Assembly: GCA_951406725.2 (NCBI GenBank)
Contig: OX597815.1
Location: 123,566,001 to 123,630,000, forward strand
Direction: 5' to 3'
DNA: 64,000 nucleotides
DNA from: Octopus vulgaris
Lineage: Eukaryota
Part shown: in pieces, positions 1-13,071 of the stretch
How positions within the stretch are numbered: position 1 is the first letter of the stretch
How the letters are laid out: the number at the start of each line of letters is the position of its first letter
Position numbers and translations under genes: made by a program
Notes under the pieces: model-generated
The model's input: the letters and a program-made list of their open reading frames with translations, nothing else
What the model was told of the DNA's origin: nothing
The model's database searches: none

Positions 1-1779
1 TTATGGCATCAAAAACATTACTAATTTTAAGCAGTGTAGATGTAAAACACACATGCACATACAGATATAAATTATATATATATATATATATATATTGGCC
101 TGCTCGATTAGCCAGCGGGGTGGTGTCATTTGGAGGCTAAAACAATGTGAAGCGCATTGTGACCAGCGATGTGTAGCAACATCTGATAGCCTGGTCGGTC
201 ATGGTGATCACAGTGATATATATATATATATATATACACACATACATACATATTTATATATATTTCTAATTAAATTAGGCAGCAGTTTAGCAATGTAACA
301 CCAGAAAGGAAAATTATAATAGTCATTTAACTTTAAATATACATACATATATATATGGATAAGTAGATTCAATGGGCTTCCACACTGTTTCTGTCTACCA
401 AAGTTTACACAAAGCATTAATCAACTTGAGGTGATAATAAAAGACACTTGTCCAAGGTGTAACACAGTGGGAAAGAAATTTAGAATCACATTATTCTGAA
501 GCAAACTTATTAACCATAGTTATGTTTGCTACTATATTATTGATATGCTTTGTTTTAGAATACATTGGAGAATGTATTATACTTCCTTCATTAAAATTGT
601 AGGTTCAAGTTTAACCATATGAACTTTACTTTGATAAGACATTGATAGTGGAATACAGTGAATTAAGATTTGTTAAAACTTTACAAACATAGTTGCACAG
701 TAGTAGAATATGATAAATGAATTATATTTTCGATTCCGTTTCATAGTTAAGATTGTTCACTTCTCGATGTATAATAAAAATAAGAAATAACATCTCAAGA
801 TCGAAGTAACAAGTGTATGAGAAGGACTGAAAATTTCAGTGAGGTTGACTTCTAATACTAGGTAGACTTTTACCCATACAAAGAATCAAATAAAATACAA
901 TTTCCAAAGAAATTATACATTTCACGTTTCTCAATAAACTTCAAATCATCTAACACCTATCAAAATAACCGTGGAATTTCCACAGGTGCAGCTAGTTATA
1001 AATTAGTTGAAATAAGTTAAAACATAAGGGAGATAACCAAGTAACATTTTGTTTTAATCCCATCCGTCATTACATTATCCAAATTAGAAAACTGTTAAGG
1101 GCTAAAACTATTTGTAAAAATATCTAAATTGTTTGTCATTTGAAGTAAATTCACCCTGTCAGTGGTTAGGTGAAGAAAGTTTAGAAGTGGAACCGGTAGC
1201 TAATAAAAGGATTATATTTAAAACAGTACAACTACGGAAGCATTAACATCATTAATTATCAGATACAAAAATTAAAATAATCTTTGTACTTAAGCACCTA
1301 GCACACACACTGTAAAGTAGTTGGCGTTAGGAAGGGCATCTAGCCATAGAAACCAAACCAAATCAGATTGGAACCATCCAACCTATGCCAACTTGGAAGA
1401 CATGTTAAATGATGATGATAAAACAATATATTCAGCTAACAAAGGAGGCATCAATGAAGGGAAGTTCACTAGTATTTGACATTCCACAAATTCCTCTCTC
1501 TATGCATGTGTGTCTGTAGAAAGAGAGACAGAGAGTGCTGAGCATTGAGAAAACAATAGTAATTTTTTTTTTCCTTTTTTTCTTATTTTAAACTTACCTA
1601 ACATATATTAAGAAATATAGTTTTCTCATATTGATTGTATTTTGCTTTCTTAAAACTATACAAATATTCTCTTGACTTCTAATCCACTTTTAGATATAAA
1701 TTTTTGATAAAATGTTTTAAGTGCCTAACATAAATGTATTTAAAGAATATCTAAAACAAAAATGCTATCTTTGCATGGT

Positions 1780-2190
1780 AATTACTACCTGCCAGAGCAG
1801 CTAACTGGCTTCCATGCCAGTGGCATGTGAAAAGCACCATTCAAGCGTGATCATTACCAGTGTTGCCTTACTGGCACGTGTAAAAGCATTCCAGCGAGGT
1901 CGTTGCCAGTGCTGCTGGACTGGCTCCTCTGCAGGTGGCACGTAAAAAAAAAACACCATTTGAGTGTGGCCGTTGTCAGTACTACCTGACTGGCCCTCGT
2001 GCCGGTGGCACGTAAAAGCACCCACTACACTCTCGGAGTGGTTGGTGTTAGGAAGGGCATCCAGCTGTAGAAACTCTGCCAGATCAAGACTGGAGCCTGG
2101 TGCAGCCATCTGGTTTGCCAGTCCTCAGTCAAATCGTCCAACCCATGCTAGCATGGAAAGCGGACGTTAAACGATGATAATGGTGATGAT
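1780..2190 (+). mobile_element. RTE 3'-end / RTE-related SINE copy
   Basis: Same subrepeats, TTAGGAAGGGCATCCAGC block and (ATG)n tail. Confidence 0.85.
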
Positions 2191-2559
2191 ATATTGGAAT
2201 TTGATTAAAGGAAGATTGGAAGTCAAACAAGATGCCAAAAGCAAAAAGGAGAGAAGAAAGTATGATATACACTTGACAACATCTACAATCCCAATGATTT
2301 TACTCTGATCCACTCATTTCATGAACTGCTTTGCAACCTTGTGGTTTTGGGTTCAGTTTCTCTGTACAGCACCTTGGGCAAATTTCTACAGTGGCTCCAG
2401 ACCAAAGTCTTGTGAGTGGCTTTGGTAGACAAAAACTAAGAGAGGCCCATTGTGTGTGTCAGCCTTCCAAAGTTAGCAATCTTGATGCTGTTGAGGTTTT
2501 GTTTAAATTGTTGAAAATAAACATCTGCAGGGAAAACATGAGTAGGAAGAGGAGTCTAG

Positions 2560-4250
2560 AGTGATTACGTTTTGGAGAGGAAGAACAAGGCATAGTGATT
2601 AGTGTGGATGGGGACACAATAAGGGTAGTGGCAGGTGGACAAATGAATGAGCCAGAACTGAATGGAATAGGTATGTAACTAGCTAGCTCTAAGAGCAGAG
2701 ACCACTGTGGTAGTGATAGAAAAGATAAGGAGAATGCACAAACTGGGGAATGTCTGCTAGTGATTGAATGCTTGTCAGTTGGATGACTCTTCTCTGGATG
2801 TGGCCTAAGATATCTGTATGCATAGCAGCAACACTATCCAAATGTAGAGCAGTACTATATTGTGGGCTACATTCAAGACTTGTAGAATGTTAGCAATATT
2901 TTCTGACTCTAGAAAGAAGAGAGTCTTTGAAATGTGGTCCTAGCAATGTTAAGGACATACATTTGCCTCAGCAGCAGTAAGACTTTACATTTGTAGCAAC
3001 CTTGTTTAGCGCTGCTCATGTTTAATAGGGTACAGTGTGATGCTGTTTTCTTTATGACTATTCCTGTGGGTTTTGCTATTACATGAGACAAAATTGGTAT
3101 GACACTGAATGGTGGATGCTTATGAGGTCTCCATTCATGGAATCCATGCATGTTTAACATGTTAGTGTCTAGGCTACTTGGGGATGATGTATGGTTGAGG
3201 AAAGATAAGGGAAGAATGAAGACTTGTATCATTTGCACAATAGGTGTTGTTCTAGTGACAAATATAAAGGGAGGAGGGTGGAGGATAAAACTGAATTCAG
3301 AGGTGTAAGAGAGTTGATTAAGTGTTGGGCAGAAAGAGCTCTGTTAATACAAGCCACACTTTGGACTGTCAGTCCAAAAAATGAGAGATGAGTGAAGTCC
3401 AAAGACAGGAAGATCTGATAGGAAATTTGCATGCTGAACATCGCTGAAGGTTTTGCTGATGTTTAGGGCAACAGAACTGCTTTTGCCAAACTTCTCTAAA
3501 GCAAGATCTCTCTTATGAATGACATAAGAGAGTAAATTTCCAGTAGATCTAGCTTTACAGAAGCTGTGTTCGATGGATGGATGGATGGATAGACAGAGAT
3601 AAATAGAGAGAGAGAGAGGTATTAAGGTGTGAGGGAACATCACTATTATTAGCTGTCTACATTACATTATGAAGGCGCGTGGTTCAGTGGTTAGAGCGCC
3701 GAGCTTACGATCGTGAGGTTGTGAGCTTGAATCCCGCACCGGGCTGCGTGTTGTGTTCTTGAGCAAGACACTTTATTTCACGTTGCTCCAGTTCACTCAG
3801 CTGTAGAAATGAGTTGCGACGTCACAGGTGCCAAGCTGTATCAGCCCTTGCCTTTCCCTTGGACATCGGTGACGTGGAGAGGGGAGGCCGGTATGCATGG
3901 GCGACTGCTGGTCTTCCATAAAACAACCTTGCCCAGACTTGTGCCTCAGAGGGTAACTCTATAGGTGCAAACCCATGGTCAGTGTCTGACCGAAGGGGGT
4001 CACCACATTACCTTAGGAATGTTACAGTTAAGTACAATAGTTGTTTAGGTCAGAGTGCTTTTCTTTGGAATGGGATACACTGTAGCACGTTTTGAAAAAA
4101 CAAGCTATATCCTTGTAGAGTGTGTGGGATTAAAAAGTTTGGAACGTATAAAGGCAAGTTCTGGGGCACAGAGTTTGAATAGGGCATTGTCAGGGCCTTG
4201 ACTTTGTTGGTTTGAAGCAACTGGACATATTTCCACACTTGGCATGTAAG
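2560..4250 (-). mobile_element. Decayed Jockey/CR1-clade LINE reverse transcriptase in NDUFB3 intron 1, interrupted by a SINE and a microsatellite
   Basis: GPDNALFKLCAPELA..ATVYPIPKK (4210-4050); FCKARSTGNLL..VALNISKTF (3570-3440); LINSLTPLNSVLSSTLL (GVPQGSVLSP-like). Confidence 0.8.
3674..4004 (+). mobile_element. tRNA-derived SINE
   Basis: A box TGGTTCAGTGG, B-box-like GCTTGAATCC, followed by TTGTGTTCTTGAGCAAGACACTT core; CpG largely retained, so relatively young. Confidence 0.85.
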
Positions 4251-5384
4251 TTTGTATAATATAGCAATGACCAGGTTTATATGTTGATGATCTGTATGGT
4301 ATAGAATCTTCACATTATCCTTTCTAATAGTATAAAACATTTTTATCAATGTACGAGTCGTTTGACTTGCTAGAATAACCAGCCAGCTCCTGAAAATAAA
4401 TAAAAACACCAGACCATCTTTAAAAAAAGGGAATGATGCATTGGAAAATAAATACCTGGATTTGCAAAAGGACAGAATGATCACAGATCGACTGGCTATT
4501 TGACAGAATTTGACATGGAGTTAAATGACTATTTAGCCAAGCAACTAGGTAGCCTCTAAACGGACCAATGTAGTCGCACGACCTCTTAGAAATACCAACC
4601 AAACTTCGAGTCAACTTTTTAAAACAGCAGGACACATTAGGTAATGGGGTCGTGCGTACGCTGGACCCGGAAAAAGAAATTGTAAAGCTTAGAATGCCTT
4701 TGATCATAATCGATCAAGGCTAACCTACAGCCAAAAGACAAATGTTTGGAGTGTGGAGATGGCAGACAGTAGTAAATTCTAACAAGCCTAGATAACGATC
4801 CAATTTTGGCTATTGTCTGAAGTTATTGGCATATGTAAGCACTTGGGAAAGGCACTTACCCACAATTCTTGTAATACTCACCAACAAATCGGAGGATTTG
4901 AGCCAATACATTTATATGTGATTTATTTATTGTTTAGAAGAATGCAATGGTACGAAGTGTATATTGTAGCAGAATCCTGAAGGTGCACTCAATGTATTAA
5001 AAAGGTGTAAGCTCTCAGAGTAAGAAACTAAGTTCAATATACTTAAAATTTGAAGTGTGTTATGTTTCGTTAATTTGATATATTTTTTAAAAGACGTTGT
5101 TAAAGTTAGATCTCTGTCTTGACAAAGATTTAACCTCCGCGATGTATAATAAAAGACGATATTTATGCTAATGTCCTTGAAAGAAACATGTTACAAAAAA
5201 GCAAAACTAAAAGGAAAAAAATAAATGATCATTCATAATATATGTTATATAAATATTATAAGCACGATTCCCCACTTTCAGTAATTCATATTATCTAGTT
5301 ATATATTTAAGAGTGTATAATTCAATAACAACGAAACATAAAGGGTTGGTTTCATAAAGAAATATTCACGAATACTTTACCAAC

Positions 5385-5503
5385 CTAATCCATGGATCTT
5401 TTAGCCCGTGGGAGGCCAGTCTCTTCTCTAAAATTTGTAATCGTGGAGCATCTTCCACTTTATACTGTCTCCAGTCAGGAACTTCAAATTTCACACCTCC
5501 CAT
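5385..5503 (-). CDS. NDUFB3: NDUFB3 (NADH:ubiquinone oxidoreductase B12 subunit) first coding exon; the remainder is probably left of the window
   Basis: MGGVKFEVPDWRQYKVEDAPRLQILEKRLASHGLKDPWI(R) resembles human [33 protein letters not shown]; donor AG|gttggt phase 2; I did not find the expected NExWRY exon in 1-5300. Confidence 0.9.
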
Positions 5504-5720
5504 TATTGATAGACATGTATTCTATGACCTCCGCCGTTTCGTGACTTTCACAGCGAAGATGGGTTTCTGTCTTCTGTTTCGTAAAAGGAGGGGACGTAAT
5601 CACGTGAGTCCTCTTTGAAGTCGACGTTATTATCTCTCTTTGATACATGACCAACCAAGCTTTCTCTTTATTCATTTATGACAAACCTTTATCGAATATT
5701 TTGTTTTCCAAGCACTTTTT
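5504..5720 (-). promoter_or_regulatory. NDUFB3 promoter/5' UTR, CpG-retaining, with palindromic E-box TCACGTGA at 5600-5607
   Basis: CpG cluster immediately upstream of the ATG; motif seen directly. Confidence 0.45.
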
Positions 5721-6295
5721 CGTTGTTACCTTGCATTTTTGGATGAAACTACATGAACAGGAGAAAATATTGTACATATGTACATTGAAAGGAAACATCG
5801 TACGTTCTAATGCACATGTACGAATGAGTTTGTATGAATACATGTACTGTTTCTCTTTCCTAATTTCAATTTACTATTTTCAAATAATGCATTCATTCTG
5901 ATGGATGTTTCTTTGCGACAGTCACTGGAATGGAATCACCAACGTCTCCCACCCCAACGATGATGAGCATATATATCATAGGGAAACAACAATCTGAATT
6001 TCTTCCAATTTTCTAATAATTTGGAATGGCAGGCTGTATTTAATCATGTCAAAAGGGCCAACGAAAAACTTGATTTACGATGCTGAGTAAGAACGAAGAA
6101 GTGCCAAAAGATTTAATGGCTGAATTGATGGAGCAGTGCAGTTCAAAGATCTTTAAAACTACATATACTAAGCATTTGGAGTATGAACTTTCTAGCCTGA
6201 CCTGAAAGTCCTAGTTGGGTTTATTATGGCACATGTTCATTCAGCTGTGGGTTGTTAGTAAAAAAAGAAACAGTTATAGTCACTACATTCTATAG

Positions 6296-6589
6296 CAGTG
6301 GTTCTCAAAGTGGACAGTATTGTCCCCCTGGGGGTGGTGGAAAGTTCCAAGGGGGTGATGATGGGGGTAGCAATTCATGTAAAAATTGGGGCGATAATGG
6401 GGTGGAAATTCATGTAAAAACAACAAAATAATGGGTTCATTGGGTTAAGTTTTTTTTTTGTGAAATACAGTTGCTTTGAATTTGCTTCAGAAAGTGGACT
6501 GTTTGTGATGGTTAGTTGGGGGTGGGGACGGTAGGAATGTGGCCTGGGTGTCAAGTGGGTAGCAGTCCGAAAAAGTTTGGGAATCACTG
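6296..6589. mobile_element. hAT/Charlie-type MITE
   Basis: Perfect 8-bp TSD TTCTATAG both sides; TIRs CAGTGGTTCTCAAAGT / CAGTGATTCCCAAACT. Confidence 0.9.
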
Positions 6590-6827
6590 TTCTATAGCAA
6601 TGTCTGTTCAGAATAAAATCTCTAAAAAAGTACATTTTTCTCAGGGATTTCTTTGGTTATATATCAAATGTACATCATTCTCTTTTCCCCCCCAATAACC
6701 TCAGGCAAAGCAAGATTAAGAGTCATTCTAAATACCTCAAGACTGGCGGTCTTGAAAGATATGGAACGTTTTAGGTGAACTCAGTGTATGTAACTCAAAG
6801 AATGAAGTTATTACCTGTAAAAACTTA

Positions 6828-8384
6828 CGAGGGGCGTTCAATAAGTAATGCCCCTGACCCACTTCCCATAGCAGTAGAGCAACGAAACTTGGCACAGTTA
6901 TTAGTCTTTTTCTACATAGGAACCACCCAGAGTTACGCATTTCTCCCATCGTTTGATGCGGCTCTGGAGACCATTTTTGTAGAAGAACCCAGCTTGGTCC
7001 TCCAACCTCAACGTGACTTCAGACATCAAGGCTGCATCATCTGGGAAACGCTTTCCTTTCAAAAACAACTTCATGATTGGGAAGAGGTGAAAATCAGAGG
7101 GTGCAAGGTCAGGAAAGTAGGGGGATGGGGAGGAGTTCATAGCCATACGCCTGTCCTTCTGATCTGGCGACAAGCGAGTTGTGGACCGGAGCGTTGTCCT
7201 GCAGGAGGAGGATGCCTTTGCTGATCTTGCCCCGCCTCTTGATTTTGATAACTTCTCTTAATTTCCTCAAAAGTGAAGCATAATAGGCTCCTGCAATTGT
7301 GGTACCCTTTGCCAGGAAATCTGTCATCACTACTCCGTCCTGGTCCCAGAAGACTGTGAGCATGACCTTGCCAGCAGAGGGCTGCACCCTTGCCTTCTTT
7401 GGAGGGGGTGAGTCACAGTGCTTCCACTGCATTGACTGGGCTTTGGTCTCTGGGTCATCGTGATGGACTCAGGTTTCATCCTGTGTAATCAGTCTTTTGA
7501 AAAATTTTGACTCATCTTCTTGGCACATCTCCAAATTCACCCTCGAGCACTCGACGCGTTCTTGCTTCTGGAAAGGCGTGAGCAACCTGGGAATCCATCT
7601 GGCAGACACCTTTTGCATATGCAAATGGTCATGAATGATCATCATCATTGTTCGACCGTGGTCGAGACTTTCATAGTCTTTTCAAATGGCTAATAATGTG
7701 TGCGCGCGCCACTACTACACACATTGGAAAGCATTGTACAACCAAGTACTAAAGATCTTTCCTCCTCCATGAAACAAAGCTGTTCCCGCTGGACGTCAAC
7801 CCAGTATTTCTAAGCTACGGACCCAGTGATTTATTGTAAGGTTATCTCCCTAGATAGATTGCCTTCACTACGGCTAAGGAGCCCTTTCTACCCCACCATG
7901 AATGATAGTTTCCACAGACCTGGTACTCATCTTGACCTCATGGGCTATTTGGCGAATAATTATGCGTCGATCTTCCAAAATGGCAGCCTCAACTTGACGG
8001 ACAGATGCCTCATCAATGGCAGAAGGGGGCGACCAGATTTGGGAGCTGTTTCCACAGAGTTCCGACCATGTTTGAATTCACGATGCCAGCGTTTTACAAG
8101 GTCATATGATGGGGCATCATCACCATAAGTTACTTTCATTTTATCAAAAGTCTCCCGTGGTGTGCGTCCTTTCAAATACAAAAACCGGATCACTGCTCGA
8201 CACTCAACAGGCTCCATTTCACACTTGACTCGGTTCAAACACCTGTAAATCGGAAACCACAATTAATTCAGAGCTGTAATTTGCCACTTACTCTATAGAG
8301 ATATAAACGATTGCACATGCAAAATTTCAGCTAGATCAAACAACTGCAAGTGGGTCAGAGGCATTACTTATTGAACGTCCCTCG
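6828..8384 (-). mobile_element. Full-length decayed mariner (DD34D-type) transposon with nested insertion
   Basis: TA flanks (6826-27, 8385-86); about 37-bp TIRs CGAGGG[G/A]CGTTCAATAAGTAATGCC[C/T]CTGACCCACTT; transposase pieces WIPRLL, ITQDET*, LLQDNAPVH, PDLAPSDFHLF with frameshifts and a stop. Confidence 0.95.
7640..7896 (-). mobile_element. 257-bp non-LTR/SINE-type insertion inside the mariner transposase
   Basis: 10-bp direct repeat CATGAATGAT at 7630-7639 and 7897-7906; (ATG)n tail; removing it leaves a 1290-bp mariner. Confidence 0.88.
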
Positions 8385-11300
8385 TAAATCTACTCCAAAA
8401 TCCAATAGAACATTTTCATTAAGCTTTTAAGAAAATTCTGCCTAATTTTTGAATTTTTCTGTTTCATTTAAATATTTTTTAATCCCCCTTACTTCCTTCT
8501 TTCACGTAAGTAATTTGATGGTTGTCAGCTGTTAAAATGTCTCCTACAGTATCAGTGTCTTCCTTGGGCATCAACTCAAGTTCCTATTTATTTTTATTTC
8601 CATTACAGAACACAGTGTACATATAATACTTATGTTTATTTACTGAGCTTTTATCATTTGCCAACATGTGAAGTGAGTCACTCAATTATAATTAGGTTGC
8701 TATTACTTATCCTCAGAAGATCTATGGACAATAACATTCCAAGAATGACCATCCCATATTTTGAAATACTGACATGGTGTACCAAAGTCTACATTAACCA
8801 GTATCTTTCCTTTATATTTAAGATGGTAGGGAGGACGTGGTTTGGTTTCTATTTCTAGCAGGTTGAGTGCCAGCATAGAGTCTCCCTAATTGGTTTATTT
8901 TGTAATTAGATGTATCCACATCAGTAAAGTAGTGACCCCCAAGCATTAATTAATCTGTCCTACTTCCATATCATCAGAGACTGAAGAATCTAGTTTCTCA
9001 GCTCCTGCTTTTGCTTGGCGATATCTACTGCTGCTTTACTTTTAAAATTTGTGCAGAAAGTGAGTGAGGCGAAGTAGAATAAGTAGGGTCATGGGAAAAA
9101 ATTACCTTTAGCTCAAATTCTGCTGGAACTTGCTATGCTTTTCATTTTTCCAGTCTAAATAGAATAATTATGTAATTATTGGTTAAGTACAGGAGTTGGA
9201 CTAAAATTCTCCCTTTTCCTCCAATATGTAGCTTTAATATTTTTGCTGACAGTAAAAAAAGATGTATTTGATTTATTAGTGATGGCAATGACAGTAGAGT
9301 ACCATAGCTTGATAAGTTGATAGTATCATCATACTCTGTTTCTGATGCGAAAAAGTTCCCAATCAAAACACCTTGAAATGGTTTAGAATGTATACAACTA
9401 AATTGGTATCCTGTATTAGGTACAGTTAGCTAAAGACAGACTCTTATGTTCATTTCATAGTATGAGCATCTAGTTGTTTGATCACTTCTGAATTAGCTTT
9501 TGAACTGGCTGAGTATTCCACAGATGTATGTACCTTAAATGTAATTCTCAAGCAGAATCAAGTGTGACAAAGCTAGACCTTTCACAGTCCATCCAACAAG
9601 TTCTGTCCACTCAAATATACTCACAAGGCTGACGTTGACCTGAGGCTAGTGAGTGCATTTGCTCAAGATGCCACCCAATGGAATTGAACCTTGAACTTTA
9701 TGGTCGTGTAAGAAACTTTTTAATTACTCAGCCACACAATTTACTACAGTAAAGAACAATTGTGTAATTTAAGGGCTTTTCTTTACCAGGATCAAGGAAT
9801 AATCAGAAAAATAATAACATTCAAAGTTCCAAGTAAGGATGGGAAAATACTTTTTCCTTATTTTAGAAATCATCATACTAATAAAATGGAATTTAAAATT
9901 TAATGAGTAGAAATTTTGTATAAGCATTTGCTCTTCTAGTTTATTAATCCTTTTGTTACTATATTTGTGCTGAAATATACTATCTTTGTTTCAAATAATG
10001 AAAAATTTAGTAAAATAACTCAGTCTTTAAGAAACTGATGTTTGGAACATAAACATGAAATTTTTATGGGAGGTTTTTATTCAGATCAGTATGAAACAAG
10101 TTTGTATCATAGAACAGAGGGCAGTTTATCAGATTGGTATCAAAAGAGTTAAATATTCAACCTGTCCAAGCCTAGCTTAAAGAAACTGGCTTTATTAATT
10201 TAGATTTCAAGCCTATTACCAAAAAAAAAAACCCTGAATTTTTTGTCTTTGATTTTTAGAAGAAATACTGGAGAACACTTATCTGTTTATTAGGCTATAG
10301 CAGGGAACATGTATTTATCAATTTTGATGCAAGCAAATTATTTGCAACATGTACAGAAAACTAAGCAAGATGAAAGATGCCACAGAAAGCTTTTGTCATA
10401 ATAGAAATAATAGAAAACAGTTTATTTTTTGTTCAACCTGTGGTTAAGATATACATTTACATTTTTTTAAGAATGATTTAGTCAGTGCCCATGGCTCTTT
10501 GCAGAGCATTTGGGACTGGTAGGAGAAAAAATATTCCCAGAACAAGAGACCTGGTCCAAAGGACAGATGGTGGTGTTAAATCAGGTAACAGATAAAGTCT
10601 ACCACCAATTACTAGAGTCTCAAATTTTCAGGTAATTTACCAGATTGCTCAACTTTCAAAGGAGTATTGGATGGCCATCCACTTGAAAGAGAATATTCCA
10701 TTGTGCTATGGAGACGTTTGTAGAATGAGGTGTTGTACAGTAGCCATAATCAGAACTTAAAATCTGCATCTAAATTGAGACTAAGGCATGTAGCTGGCAA
10801 TTAGTGGGTAGGATTGGAGATTTTTTCCAGGCCTACAAGTGGAGGAAGTGAATTTAGTGCTGCAAGCTACTGATAAATGAACCATTTGGGAATATTACAG
10901 TATTGTATGTAAGACAATGAATTAAATACATTTATCAAGTGTAGGTCAGAGTTTCCAATCATGAATTGGTTACAACCAGAGAGAGAGAGAGAGAAAAGAG
11001 AATGAAGTGCACTAATAGCAACTGGACCATGTATATTTTGACTCTGAGCTATTGTATTTTCACAAGAAAATTTATTAGTTACTCAACCAGAGCAGGAGTA
11101 ACAAATTATCTTGTGGAAATACAAATATGATATCCTAATCATCATCTTTATCATTGTCACTTTTTTTTATGCCTCCCTTTTTCATGCTAAGATGAGTTGT
11201 ATGATGCTTAACTGAGACAGTATTCTATATCCAGATGCCCAGCTTGACTCCAACCCTTGTTTTTCTTGTTTTTGCATGTTCAAATTCTAAGTCACTAGAC

Positions 11301-11569
11301 GTTTTGTTTATGGAGGATATAAACGATAATATTGATACTCAAGTAGTGTTAATGCAAAGACTAGTAGAAACAAACACATACACGACAGGCTCTTGTACAG
11401 TTTCTACCGAATTTCACTCACAAGGCATCGGTCAACCCAAGGATAGGAAAATAGATGTACATGTATGTATGCAATGAGTTAAGGCAATTTTGATTACATA
11501 TATCAGTCAAATGAAAAGCAGGAGACGAATTTTATCCGTTAGATATTATTTAGCAAGTCTCATCGAGGA

Positions 11570-12116
11570 AATGACAAGAGACCGAGACCTATGGAAGTAT
11601 GCTGTGCGTGAGAAGACCCGGCAGGACTAGTGAGACCATAACCCGTGGCCTCTACCTGGGATGTAGCCGGTCCACTTATGCATACCTTTCCTTCTTGGGA
11701 CACAAAACTCTACTTGTGAAGACCTGTTGAGGCAAGTGAGAATCAGAATCAAAATCAAAATCGAAATCGATCAACATCAATAGAAATTGTAGCTGTGATA
11801 CCAGTGCCGGGGGCATGTAAGAGAACCATCCGAACGTGGCCGTTGCCAGCACCGCATCGACTGGCCTCAGTGCCGGTGTCACGTAAAAAGCACCATCCGA
11901 TCGTGGCTGTTTGCCAGCCTCGTCTGGCACCTGTGTTGGTGGCACATAAAAAGCACCTACTACACTCATGGAGTGGTTGGCATTAGGAAGGGCATCCAGC
12001 CGTAGAAACATTGCTAGATCAGACTGGGCCTGGTGCAGCCTTCTGGCTTCCCAGACCCCAGCTGAACTGTCCAACCCATGCTAGCATGGAAAGCGGACGC
12101 TAAATGATGATGATGA
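11570..12116 (+). mobile_element. RTE 3'-end copy with (ATG)n tail
   Basis: Homologous to 47960-48480. Confidence 0.85.
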
Positions 12117-12188
12117 AAATCCAATTTAAAACACAATGCAATTTTTTTTCAATTGAAAAACAAATACTATACCGAAAATTTAGAGAAA

Positions 12189-12194
12189 TTTATT
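12189..12194 (-). terminator. Candidate polyadenylation signal AATAAA of CASC3 (3' UTR about 550 nt)
   Basis: AATAAA on the minus strand followed by a T/GT-rich tract; AT-rich context makes chance hits common. Confidence 0.4.
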
Positions 12195-12744
12195 TACAAA
12201 AATAAACAAACAAGGGACAATGCAAGTGTTTTTTCATTTTTTTTTAATAAATATTTTATCTGTTGATCTGTTTATATCAATCTTTATAGACAAATGAACA
12301 GCAGGGAAAAGGATTTTGCTCTGCATATTTTTTTAATATTTTCTGTTTTTAAGATTTAGTAACCAATGACGACAATCTTTTGATCAATGACAACTAGTCA
12401 CGATCAGCACAAGCAATATATCAGTAACTGGGGTTGGGGTGCAAACACACTGCTGACATAGCAAAATATCAGCATTTTAGTTGACAGAGAGGGGCATACA
12501 TTTCTCATCCCATTCATAGAAAATGTTCACAAAGCACCAAGTGTACCGACAATGGAAATTTGTTTTTTATGCTTATTTTTTTTTAATACATCATATGTGA
12601 GCAGAATTTGTAAAAAAAAGATCAATTCTGGTGAAAAGAACCAGTATAAATCTAATCTGTATTTTCTGAAAGCACAATTGATAGAAAACAATAGCTGATC
12701 TTGTCCAAATATTTCACAAAATATAATAATGATGGTAATAAATT

Positions 12745-13071
12745 CTAAGCTGCAGCCTCTAATATTGGCTGTGTTGTCTGTTCATTTGTACATGTTTCAG
12801 CAAGCTCAACTTGCTTGTGAGCTGTGTTCAATGGAGTAGAATTTGTTTCCTCTATACTTTTCCCGCCACTAGCTACTGTTGTTGAAGTACAAGTTGAATC
12901 ACTAGTGGAGGATGAGTTCACTATTAGATCTTTGCTGTGACTACCATTTGATTCAGCTGCAAAATTAGAGGGAGCTTCTGGAGCTTCTGAACTGTTGCTC
13001 TCTGCAGCAGATGTGGTGGTCTCACCTGGAGTAGAGCTGTTGGCACTTTGGGATTTTTGAATTTTTACATC
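12745..13071 (-). CDS. CASC3: CASC3 terminal coding exon 12, Ser/Thr-rich tail, TAG stop
   Basis: tttctttag acceptor; 327-nt open frame ending GCT TAG. Confidence 0.8.
   Translation of the reverse strand, partial: DVKIQKSQSANSSTPGETTTSAAESNSSEAPEAPSNFAAESNGSHSKDLIVNSSSTSDSTCTSTTVASGGKSIEETNSTPLNTAHKQVELAETCTNEQTTQPILEAAA

Noticed and set aside
4860-4976. Exon-like segment in NDUFB3 intron 1 (cttcag acceptor; gtgagt and gtaagt donors)
   Set aside because: In-frame stop after 13 codons and no NDUFB3 similarity; could be a cryptic or poison exon but unsupported without RNA data
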